NCBI RefSeq assembly: GCF_006345805.1
Contig: NW_021832309.1
Location: 1 to 31,277, forward strand
Reading direction: 5' to 3'
Origin: Octopus sinensis
Taxonomy: Eukaryota
Length of the DNA: 31,277 nt
Shown: piece after piece, positions 21,129-31,277 of the stretch
Position numbering within the stretch: the first letter of the stretch is position 1
How the letters are laid out: each line of letters starts with the position of its first letter
Made by a program: the position numbers and the translations under genes
Notes under the pieces: generated by a model
The model's database searches: none
Told to the model about the DNA's origin: nothing
The model's input: the letters and a program-made list of their open reading frames with translations, nothing else

Positions 21129-21519
21129 TAAGTTGTGCTACTCAGTCTATCAGGGTAGCCTTCCCATAGTGAAAACAGAGCGTCGGTTGGTTATCATATC
21201 TCCCCTTAACGGTAGGTGTAAGTAAAGTGACCACCCGAAATCATATTTTCTTGTATTGTCCTCTAGTAAAAGCAGCTGACTCCCCTGTTTACAGGACGTG
21301 CAGTTGCCCGTGGTCAGAGTACAGCACTAGTCACAAAATATGAAACGGCAGACTTTCGTTTGGGTATTCGTTTAACTGTCTGAAAGTTTTTTTTTGTTGC
21401 TTTATTCCTCGTTTAAATTGTTTGTGTATAACAGTCTCTCTCAGTACCCCCCCCACCACCACTTTAAGTAAATTCCGTTTCCAGTTGACCATTTCACTTT
21501 ATAATATGCCGACTGCCGC

Positions 21520-21745
21520 TAAGGTAGCGTGCTGACAGAGTCGTTAGCACACTGGGTAAAACGTCTTGCAGCATCTCACCCATTTTTTATTAAATGTTCT
21601 GAGTTCAAATTCCACCGAGGACGAAATTGCCTTTCATTGTTTCAGGAATGATAAATTCAACACCAGTTGAGTAATGCGATTGATGTAATCGACTTACGCA
21701 CATTCTCGAAATTTCTGACCTTCTGCCAAACTTTGAAGCCAATAT
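21520..21745 (+). mobile_element. SINE family A, diverged single unit
   Basis: gttctgagttcaaattccaccgaggacgaaattgcctttcattg...ccttctgccaaactttgaagcc. Confidence 0.75.
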
Positions 21746-22209
21746 TCTTGCTGCTGTGATTTTCGGCAGGCCAAATTTCTGATCGATATGCCTGTTTAAA
21801 GATCAACTCCAATAGGTCGCTATTTTTTTTTTTTCAATACACGAAAATCTCAATTGGTTACGCACTGTCATATGAAACAGATTTTAATTTCATGACAAAT
21901 TGCTTTGCTGTGTTCTTGATAACGTTCAATAAATAAAAGATTCTGACAGCAAATCGAATGTTTTACACGTACCCGTCGTGTCCGACACATTTCCATGATC
22001 ATAAATAACATCTTTTCCCCCACTTGCATATCTTCGGAATTATAACAACTGTAAATAAAGAGTCTCTTTAATATTCAAAGCCACAGCTGAAACAAGTGCA
22101 TCGAACGTGAGAGAAGCAAATGTGGCCCAAGGTACAGATACATTATTAATATACTCACAAAAATTCGTACGCGCGCACACACACATGTATGTAAGTGCCA
22201 ACGAATATC

Positions 22210-22415
22210 CACATACATACATACATACATACATACATACATACATACATACATACATACATGCATGCATGCATGCATGCATGCATGCATGCATACATAC
22301 ATACATACATACATACATACATACATACATACATACATACATACGTAGGTACGTACGTACGGGTGTGTATGTGTGTGCACGTGTGTTTGTATGTATGTAT
22401 GTGTATACATATGTA
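22210..22415. repeat. (CATA)n-(TGCA)n-(CATA)n compound microsatellite
   Basis: Visible simple repeat. Confidence 0.95.
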
Positions 22416-22500
22416 TGTCAGGTCACTTTCGAGTGCTACTGGTAACATGTAACCCAGTACAACCAGTTGCATGGTCGGATCGTCGGCGACTAAACCGGCA
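22416..22500 (+). ncRNA. HDV-like ribozyme relic (5' P1 strand missing)
   Basis: P2 tgtc(a)ggt/accggca, P3 cac/gtg around tttcga, gg-taa, P4 catgtaac/gttgcatg, J4/2-like actaa. Confidence 0.4.
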
Positions 22501-22970
22501 ACCCACCAAGCTTGCTTGGTGAGGAGGGTGTTTATTGGATACACTGCGGGATGAAAAACAAAACCCGTCAAAGGGTGGAGGAACTCTTGAGAGTCAACGG
22601 CCATCCAATAAATGTCTTAAGGCTGTATCATGCGCGGGGACATAGAGATAATCGGACTGGATACCCGATCGCGCGGTTAAACCATTGGGAGTGAAGGACT
22701 CTTAGCCTTTGGTAGGGCATCGTTCTAGGAGAAGGTAACTCACGTAACTGGGATAACTCCGACATAAAACCTACGGCTCAGTGGTTACCGATGATGTTGA
22801 CATGTTCTTCTTTTCGGATTATGGCTGCTATTGCTTAGTAAGTGAGATTGACTCAGTGCACAGCCTATCCTCACTTAAAAAAAAATCTTCTTGCACAGGC
22901 ATTGCACGATAACAATATTGATTAAGCTTCGTGCAATGGCCATACTCGATAACGAGGGGGAAGCCACCAT
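22416..22970 (+). mobile_element. RTE-derived bipartite non-autonomous retroposon (5'UTR-like part plus 3' tail, no ORF)
   Basis: ggtagggcatcgttctaggagaaggtaactc resembles RTE-clade 5'UTRs as recalled. 3' hairpin ttgcacga/tcgtgcaa (22902-22936); tail shared with 61-100. Confidence 0.5.
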
Positions 22971-22979
22971 ACATATATT

Positions 22980-23174
22980 CGAGGTGGGGCTGAAAAGTTC
23001 CTGGCTCTGGGTAAAAGAAAATACAGGAGGATCAGTAAATTATGATTTTGTTCAACATATCCTCCTCTCAGATTCACACACTTATTGCAGCGGTCCTTCA
23101 GTTTTTCTAAGTCCTGTAAAAGAACTCGGAAGGTTGGGCCTCCAACCAGGCCTGTGGCGACACCCTTAAAGCCA
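22980..23174 (-). mobile_element. Mariner-derived MITE, one TIR truncated
   Basis: cgaggtggggctgaaaagttcctggct TIR. The reverse strand encodes LEKLKDRCNKCVNLRGGYVE, like a mariner transposase C-terminus. Homologous to 27330-27536. Confidence 0.75.
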
Positions 23175-23285
23175 TAAAGGTGAGTAGACAGTCAAATGAA
23201 AGAGGCAACACAATTAGTAGAACTTGCATATTTTATTATTTAAAACTGTTTGATTCGGCCCCGTACGACATGAGGTTTCGTAGGG

Positions 23286-23345
23286 TTCTTTCAGAAACCT
23301 ATTTTGTCGGTCTCAGTTAACCGACGAGCTAGGTTTCTGTAAGAA
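23286..23345 (+). other. 60-nt hairpin, 24 of 26 positions paired (pre-miRNA-like)
   Basis: ttctttcagaaacctattttgtcggt-ctcagtta-accgacgagctaggtttctgtaagaa; two G.U wobbles on the plus strand. Confidence 0.6.
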
Positions 23346-23400
23346 GCCAAGGAAACTTTAATTCGCATGGAGCGAGTCAAACTATTTTATAACACACACA

Positions 23401-23436
<36 letters not shown>

Positions 23437-23504
23437 ACACACACACACACACATACTCACACATACACACACACGCGCGCGCATATATATATATATATAT
23501 ATAT

Positions 23505-24400
23505 GTAGGTCCCGGGTTGAGTCGGGGTTAACCACAGTAAATAAGGTACTCAATACATAGCAGAGTAAAGTAATTTATTTTATAGAAGGAGCTACTACAG
23601 GACTAGAACTGTTTCATTCAGATGAAATCTTCAGGAAGCTGGCTGTCAAAATAAGTTCTGGTATTTATGCATTTAGGCAGATTTAATGGAGTGGTGGTGG
23701 CAGGGGGGACGTTTTTTGTGTAGGTTGGTATTTAGGAGATAAACAGGGCACAAGCTATTGTTCTTAGGGGAGTGGTCAAAAGACCAGAGTGTTTTTTGAA
23801 GTGAGAAGAATCTGTGAGAAAATAAATAAATGAATAATCGATCCTTTATCGTTTTGAACATTATCAGATACACTAGACGTAGTAGCCAAATGATATTAAT
23901 ATCGTATCGAACCATTTTACGAAAAATCCTATTGGAAATCATATTCCGGGATTTAGAAACAAACAAATTAGTCTTGGATGGAATGTCTTCGGTAATGGTC
24001 TCTTTGACAATAACAATAAACCAACAACAACAGCAAAGTAACGGACATTATATGTTTGTAGTGGGAAATGTGGTTTGTTACCATAACCATTCCAACTTAC
24101 TCGTTACACAGTGTAGAACGCTTTCGAAGTAGCATTTCATTCCTTTCTTCATTCCACCCAGGTTCACAATCTGATGAGGCGTCAGCATGACGTAGCTGGG
24201 TGTAGCCATATCTCCTTGAGCTAACCATTTGCTGGTCGGAGTGTTTGCCGCCGTGGTCAGGTAATTAACTCTGGCCAGAAGCATCTAGACAAGCTTAGGA
24301 ATCAGAAAGCAAACAGCCATGCGAGACACTGCAAGGCATTTCGACTGATAGTCCTATCCACTAGCTCCCCCGATTGACCGTAAGTGATTCAGAAATGATC
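23505..24400 (-). mobile_element. PLE-like non-coding retroelement carrying a type I hammerhead near its 3' end
   Basis: Hammerhead at 23590-23640 followed by aataaattactttac tail ending at a (TA)n tract. No recognisable ORF; the far boundary is uncertain. Confidence 0.4.
23590..23640 (-). ncRNA. Type I hammerhead ribozyme
   Basis: Minus strand: agcttc-CTGAAGA-tttcatctgaat-GAAA-cag-ttctagtc-ctgTA-gtagct. Stem I 5/6 bp, stem III acag/ctgt, GUA triplet, stem II ttc/gaa with a U.U base. Confidence 0.7.
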
Positions 24401-24529
24401 ATGTGGAAGAATGTTGGCATTTGTTTTTATCGATTCCTTAAATAGAAAAGGAAAGAATTCATTTTACGGTGTTGATAAACTAAAACGACTTGTTTCTATG
24501 AGAGAATAATTTTTATTTTCTTGTCATTT

Positions 24530-25430
24530 ATACATCAGAGAAGTATACAAACTTATGACACATATCTCTCCTTCATTTATAGATTTACTAATTAGTATAA
24601 AGGAGAAGGTCATTGCCTTTAACATTGAACTTGCAGGTTGGTGAACTCGATTTAATTGGTTTCTCGTTTTGAACATTACCAGAGAAAATGTAGGAATAGA
24701 AGAAACCCTGAAGAATTTCACTTCTGCGAAAGTAAAACGTTGTTGTGTGGAGTTTTGTATATGTGGGGAGGTCACTATAGGAAGAAAGAATGGAAAGGTA
24801 GCTATATCAGTTTGTAAAATCTTTATGAGTTCAAAAGAATAGAGTCTGTTAAAGTACCCCACCTTGAATGGACAGCAATACTGAGGACACCCAACTGAGG
24901 ATGACTGGGCGATCATTTAGACTGAATATGTTTGAAATCGGTCAGCCATGAGTACAATGTGAAACATGGTTCTTACAATCGATATATTACGGAATCTAAA
25001 AGAAAAGCGAGGGAGGGAAGGAAAACAAAAGGAATCCTCTGTAAGCAAACAATCTTCCACATAGTAACTTCTAAATCACTTACCAGAGTAAGATCGTTTC
25101 GTTTTTATATCAGAGCATCGCTAATGTTATTTTATTTTTTATTGTTAAAACGAAGATTGGAAGCTGGATACTTACCTTATGTTAACAACGAAAGCTTTTA
25201 TCTAACCTCCTTCCTCATTACATTATCATCACACAATAGTTCCCGTTCTGATCACTCTGTTCATTATGTATTTAATTATTTTCTAAATAGAAACTCATAT
25301 TGGCAACCGGATAGAATACTTTGTAAAGCGAATCTCTACATACTTGAAAAATCTGTACCGTTAAAACGATTGATGGATACAGTAAATAAGAGAGATGTTG
25401 CTTATCGGATACAATGCAAAGTGAAGTGAT
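24530..25430 (-). pseudogene. Highly degraded CR1/L2-like LINE reverse transcriptase relic
   Basis: RT-like motifs in the correct order on the minus strand: ILSGCQYEF (cf. QHGF), KAF, WLTDF, gggtgtcctcag (cf. GVPQ), FTFAEVKFFR (cf. LFADDTK), NQLNRVHQ. Many stops and frameshifts. Confidence 0.5.
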
Positions 25431-25872
25431 TGTCTGATGTACTTGAAAATGTAGGGGCTGCAAATATAAATGATGGAAATTGCTGAATCAATGTATTCGA
25501 TGTATAATATAAAAGATACTCAACTCAAATAATTGCAACAAAAAAAAATAATGAAATTGTAAATAGACAGGGGGTATTGAATAATTGAGATTGCTACGTA
25601 ACTTAATCGAATCTACCAACAATAGATGGCAGGTGGGTGTCCATGTGACCAGATATTCAACACACTATGCAATTTGTAATTTTCATTGAACACTTTTGCA
25701 TTTGAAAATCCCTTTTAACCTGTAATTTTTTTTCACTGATGTCGAGTTAGTTCCGAACCAGGACACATAAATTACCAATTCTGGAATGCCATTTTGCTGA
25801 ACTCAAATCCTACATGGTCGGTATATATATGTATATACATATACACCCTACTACTATCATACCACATCCGCA

Positions 25873-26050
25873 TTCTTCTTCTTCTTCTTCTTCTTCTTCT
25901 TCTTCTTCTTCTTCTTCTTCTTCTTCTTCTTCTTCTTCTTCTTCTTCTTCTTCTTCTTCTTCTTCTTCTTCTTCTTCTTCTTCTTCTTCTTCTTTTTCTT
26001 CTTCTTCTTCTTCTTCTTCTTCTTCTTCTTCTTCTTTTTCTTCTTCTTCT
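25873..26050. repeat. (CTT)n, about 59 units, two interruptions
   Basis: Visible near-perfect trinucleotide run. Confidence 0.98.
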
Positions 26051-27003
26051 TTTTCCTCCTCCTTCCACTCTTCTTCTGCTTCTCTGAACACACAACGACC
26101 TCGAACCCACAATAGTAAACAAGAGAGACAGAGACAGGCAGAAACAAGGAAAACGCCCCTTGTATTTGAATACTAAGCAAATATTCTTTAAAAAAATATG
26201 TGCATTTAATGTTTCCACAGTTTAATTGTTTTCCATACTTACAGTTGAAAAGTCTCAATGACTGAAACCGGTACCGAAATGTTTTTTATAAAATTATTTT
26301 AGCATTATCTACCTTGACTTTTGTTCCAACTCGCAGACACCTCCCACACATACACCTCCACAAAACAATAATAAAAAGAATTCTTCTTCTCTAAACTCCA
26401 AAAAACCATTTGACCATCCCTCATTGAACACACACACACACATACACACTCTCTCTCTCTCTCACACAACGATAAAAAGGAAATATAATTTATGGTCTAC
26501 CTCCCCGCCATCACACACTCAATAACACTATGAAATGGTCAAAACTGAAATTCTTTTTCCCCAAGATCTTAGAACCCTCTTGGAGTAAGCATGCCGTCCA
26601 GCAGAGCAAAAAAATTATTTTCTTCTTCTTCCCTCTCCCTTCCCCTCTTTTTCTTTAGCACTCATTCCAAATACAAAAGCACACACACACACACATGCTC
26701 TCTCTCTCTCTCACTTTCTCCTCATCCATCACCCTCTTGTACAGTCTTATATTCCTCCCCACCACTACAAACTCAATACCACTATAAAATGGTCAACACT
26801 TTTCACACAGGAACTTAGTTTGATTTGAAGACCCCACTAGAATGGGAGAAAGCGCTAATACATGATCTAAGTTATATGATGTATAAAAACATGTAATATA
26901 CAAATAAATATCTGTAAATATAAAACCATTCGATTTTCTGAGTATCTCATTTCTTCTAATATAAAATACTTGTACATCATCTCCAAACCTTCCAATATAT
27001 ATA

Positions 27004-27315
27004 TATATGAAAATCCTAAATATACATAAGTGAAAAATAAAATAATACTTCAATAATTAAATACTTTAAAATTAAATAAAATACACAAAGCTATTACAAG
27101 TTATAGATTGTTATATTAAATCTATAGACACTACACATGTATATTTATTATATGGTTAGCTTATCTAAGGAGTTTGTCTATATTTGAAACATTTCTTATT
27201 TTGATTACAGTTTAATGACTTGTAATAGCTTTGTGCATTTTATTTAATTTTAAAGTATTTAATTATTGAAGTATTATTTTATTTTTCATTTCTGTATATT
27301 TAGGATTTTCATATA
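27004..27315. mobile_element. Foldback MITE with 101-bp terminal inverted repeats
   Basis: 27004-27104 vs 27215-27315: 97 of 101 complementary by manual alignment; 110-bp spacer; embedded in (TA)n. Confidence 0.85.
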
Positions 27316-27329
27316 CATATATATATATA

Positions 27330-27536
27330 CGAGGGAGTGCTAAAAAGTGCCTGGCTTTAAGGATATCGCGAAAAGCGTGGTTTGAGCCCCACCCCTGAGT
27401 TGTTTCAGAAAAGCTGGAGGACCGTTACAATAAGTGTGTAAATCTGAGAAGGGGGACATATTGAATATAATCATAATTAACTGATCCCCCTGTATTTTCT
27501 TCTACTGAAAGCCCGGAGCCTTTCCCCAAACCCTCG
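27330..27536 (+). mobile_element. Mariner-derived MITE, 207 bp, TA target-site duplication
   Basis: TA|cgagggagtgctaaaaagtgcctggcttt ... aaagcccggagcctttccccaaaccctcg|TA; internal KLEDRYNKCVNLR remnant. Confidence 0.85.
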
Positions 27537-28039
27537 TATACATGCAGGCAACATTTGTTTTCCACATTAAGTTATAAGATGAGACATTTTACTGAGATGG
27601 AGTATTATAGTGAATTTGATTATCATAACTGCTAATTACTCTAGCAAAATGAAAAGTGAACTTAAATCATCTTTAGAGCGATATTTAAACTCGAAGCATG
27701 CAACTTAAGTCTATCAGGAGAGTAGATCAAACTTGTGCCAGTTCAATCACAGTGAAGGAATATGTGCATAGCTAATTACATAATAAAAGTAGAGCTTAAA
27801 TCGCCCTTAAATCGCGTCTCATTGTCAGCCAATTAAGAAAATCATATGTGCTGACTCGACCTGACTCGACCTGCTGACTCGACCTAGAAGCCAATTTCCC
27901 CCCAAATTGCACACGATTTATAACGTAACACCGAGTTCTCTGTAAATAGGATCAAATGAAGGATGGTCAGGGTTTAAATGGTTTTGAGTATACAGTTCTT
28001 CGATGAAGTGGTTAGTGTTGGATTCACAATTGTTCTGAT

Positions 28040-28540
28040 CTGTCCTTTACTCTTCCCATACCACGGATCACAACTTTCATCCACGTCCGTAACCCAACAC
28101 ACTGCAATCTTTTCTCCTTCTAGTATCACCGTGTGACTTTGCTCCTATAATGCACAATCATCCCTGCTATCTCGCGTTTCTTCCCTCTCTCATCAATTAC
28201 TTCCTTTAAACGTACCCATAAGCACCGCTGCATCCTTGTCCGTAGATCTTCCTCTCATACACCCCATCCCATTTCTGAATCCCTTCGTTATTCCTGTCTA
28301 CGCAGCCACACCTATCCTTTCTTTCCAACTTCACCATCTTCGCTGGACGTAACCACTGCTCCTTCCACATTACGCACTCTTTCCGATGCATCTCCAATAG
28401 CTTCGTATATGAGCTCCAATGTTCCCACTGCCCAGCAGTTCAGCGGAGAACCTCTAAGTCATCCGTCGTAGGACTGGGTCAGCTGTCTCTTGACATTTCA
28501 GATGCTCCGACCACACCTTTCATCACCTCCTTGTCTTAGG
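28040..28540 (-). pseudogene. Degraded LINE (RTE-like) 3' coding relic
   Basis: Purine-rich minus strand with scattered LERK and KRLQ-type motifs reminiscent of the RTE post-RT region. Weak. Confidence 0.3.
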
Positions 28541-28868
28541 TTTAGCCTGCAGCACTAGACCCCCTTTACTTAAGACCAGAGGTGAAAGGTGCTTACCATC
28601 TTTCTCAAAACTTACATACCTCTAGGACTAACTTCCTAAACTCATTTTTGCTAACTTGCTTGTATGTCAATTACACTCCTCTTGTACCTCAACACACATG
28701 GATATACACATGTACACTTGTTTCTCACTCACACACAAGTACACACGCACTCTCACACGTGCATGCTTCACACACACATATACACTCACAGACACATACC
28801 CCACCACACACACACATATATGTACCGGTACCCTCATGCATATATTCTTCATATATTCATGCGCATGT

Positions 28869-29230
28869 GGAGGTGCAACGTCCCAGTGGTTAGGGCGAAG
28901 GACTCGCAGTCATAGGATCGCGGTTTCAATTCCCAGACCGGGATTCCCAACCCTAAATCTCGTCGACGCTTCGGCACGGGCTGGTGGCGAACCCTGCTGT
29001 ACTCCTTCACCACAACTTTCTCTCAATCTTTCTTCTCTTTCTTCCAGTTTCTGACAGCTTTGTGAGTGGATTTGGTATTTCACAAGGCCAGCCTTGTCAC
29101 ACTCTGTGTCGCACTGAATCTCCTCAGAGAATTACGTTAAGGGTACACGTGTCTGTAGAGTGTACGTTAATTTCACGAGCAGGCTGTTCCGTTGATCGGA
29201 TCAACAGGAACCGACGGAGTGCCACGATTC
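28869..29230 (+). mobile_element. tRNA-derived SINE related to family C, with a different 3' body
   Basis: Head ggaggtgcaacgtcccagtggttaggg...ggtttcaattcccagaccggg and caccacaactttctctc match the 12323-12610 element; later sequence differs. Confidence 0.65.
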
Positions 29231-29995
29231 ATGCGCATATCCTCACTGATAAACCCACACATACATTTTTGTCATACATGCATACATACATATGCACGCA
29301 CATACACACACTGGCACATAGATACATCCCTCATACACTCACACTTAAAACCGCCACACATACCAATACACACACTCACTTGCGTACACATTTGCGCGCA
29401 CACATACTTGCACACATAGGTAGAAACATATGTACACATACATTCATCTATGACAGTTTTCAATCATCTTTTTCTCTTCTATCCCTCACCCTGGCACTTC
29501 TGATTGACCACTAATCAATCTTAGCTTGTTAACCCCCACCCCAACCCATCATAAGAGACATTTTGTGCCGATTCCCGCTCCGCCACTTACTCTCAAATGA
29601 TGGCCATTTCCCTCCACCATATTCTTGCTCTTCTGCCCTACATGCGTAAACGTCTTGGTTTTTACCGCTTCAGCTCTATCATTTAACCTCTTTCATGGAT
29701 TAGAGCAGTTATCTAATACCCTCTCTGGACTGTACAAGATACGTAATATATTCCATGGGTTATAGCAGTTTCTTCGACACCGTCTTCTGGGCACTCGTTC
29801 AAATCCTGCAGACATTTTAACGTTGTTGTCTATCTTTATCACCACTTTTCTTCACTTCATAAACTTCGAGCATTTTCGACTTTCAGTTTAAAACTTCTTC
29901 CATTGTTAAAAACATCACACTTACACATATTTGTGTCTGTATGTATGATGATTTTTCTGTGTATCTTTGTTATACATATATACATATATATATAC

Positions 29996-30031
<36 letters not shown>

Positions 30032-30234
30032 GTGTACATGAGCTTGTATCAGCTAAATAACATTGAAATATGATCTAGTTTTCAGGATTTTTATTATGGT
30101 ATTTTAACATAAAAAATATTTTGTAATGCTCATAAAGTTAAATTAGCGCTTTCATACATAGAGTAATCATCAGATTTCAAATGTGTTTAACTGACAGTTG
30201 AGTTCTTGACAGCTTCAGTACCTCTTCGAACACT

Positions 30235-30237
<3 letters not shown>

Positions 30238-30290
<53 letters not shown>
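30238..30290. repeat. (TA)n microsatellite
   Basis: Visible perfect run. Confidence 0.98.
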
Positions 30291-30291
<1 letters not shown>

Positions 30292-30364
30292 CTCTTACTG
30301 CAGTTTTCTGTACAATCACTATCGTTTAAATTTCAGTTGCAAACTTTAGTACATTACTAGCAAT

Positions 30365-30435
30365 GAAAGGAATAGACGCACAAAGTGCTGCGGAACGAGA
30401 TCGAAACCGGAGACCGTGTAGTTGACAAACGAAAC
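30365..30435 (-). mobile_element. Degraded SINE family B head fragment
   Basis: Reverse reads caactacacggtctccggtttcgatctcgttccgcagcactttgtgcgtctattc, similar to the family B head. Confidence 0.45.
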
Positions 30436-31277
30436 AGTTGTTTCTGAGTTACCTTCAAATTATTTGTGCATACTTTATTTTATCATTTCATTTTGTTATT
30501 TTATTTTCATTGTCAGAACCAAATATATCTGTCGTCATAATATTTTCAATGATCAATAATTGTGAGTGTTTTCAAAGCCATTCGTTGTTTTTTTCTCTTA
30601 ATCACATTATCTGTTTTATTATTATTATTTTTTTGTTTTTTGCTTTTCAAGAATGTTAGTTGATTAGTATCATTGTTCTACATCCATCCATTTTTTGTTG
30701 CTTTTGGTTTTTGTTTTAAATAACAATTCTTTCTATAGCGTGACTAACACTATTAATCTATCTTTAGCAATTTCTAAATTTATTATGTGTATATTTTTTA
30801 TTCTGACAACTCGAAATCAAAATGAAAAAAAATCGGCTTTTAATATTATATTTTATTAGCAATATGAAGTCGAAAATAGGCTGGCGATTTGGCAGAAATA
30901 CATCAGAAGACAGGACGAGATGCAATATTTAGATTAAATAGTCAATAGTGTATTTTAAAATTTAACCTTCTATTTCAATGCGCTGATGTAGGAGCCAATG
31001 AAGGAACGATTTTGACTGTTATTTGTAGGAGTCGACCAGCTCTAAAGAACAGCCCCATAATCCTCAAATAATACCTTGCCGTTTTAAAATTAGAACAGCA
31101 TAATGAGGTGGATTAAATGTAAAAATATGGAATTGAGATAGCTGGAAGCATTTAAACATAAGTTTGCTGAAATAGGGCTAACAACAATACAAGCGAAATC
31201 GTTGATATATGAAGCAACGAGGGAGTTGGCTGAATTTATAGGAATAACAAGTCTCCGCCATGGAACACCGTATCATC

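Noticed and set aside
22440-22500. Twister ribozyme
   Set aside because: Has a UAA and a stem but lacks the conserved GGUCCYAAGCC-type loop.
24932-25429. 165-aa plus-strand ORF
   Set aside because: Antisense to the degraded LINE RT relic; no recognisable motif.
25772-26258. Poly-R/E/K/L/S ORFs
   Set aside because: Six-frame readouts of the (CTT)n tract.

Overview
AT-rich, microsatellite-dense animal DNA. The recurrent tRNA-derived SINE families and (TA)/(CA)/(TACA) tracts point to an octopus or other coleoid cephalopod; this is inference from recalled repeat families, not a database match. The window is mostly intergenic or intronic repeat. It holds a decayed Tc1 element, several SINE families, Penelope-like element (PLE) remnants, a short Helitron with an open Pif1-helicase C-terminal fragment, an RTE-derived bipartite element, degraded LINE RT relics and three MITEs. 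No complete host gene, rRNA, tRNA or CRISPR array is supported, and most ORFs in the track are translated microsatellite. The most notable observations are: (1) hammerhead-ribozyme cores in a NON-circularly permuted segment order, in three copies from two diverged repeat subfamilies with covarying stems (374-431, 1225-1282, 10219-10282); (2) a minus-strand exon missed by the ORF track that encodes a KKKR site followed by an insulin-family A-chain-like cysteine motif (5106-5342); (3) a conventional type I hammerhead (23590-23640) and an HDV-like ribozyme relic (22416-22500) on other retroelements; (4) a pre-miRNA-like hairpin (23286-23345). All folds were derived by hand and none is tested.
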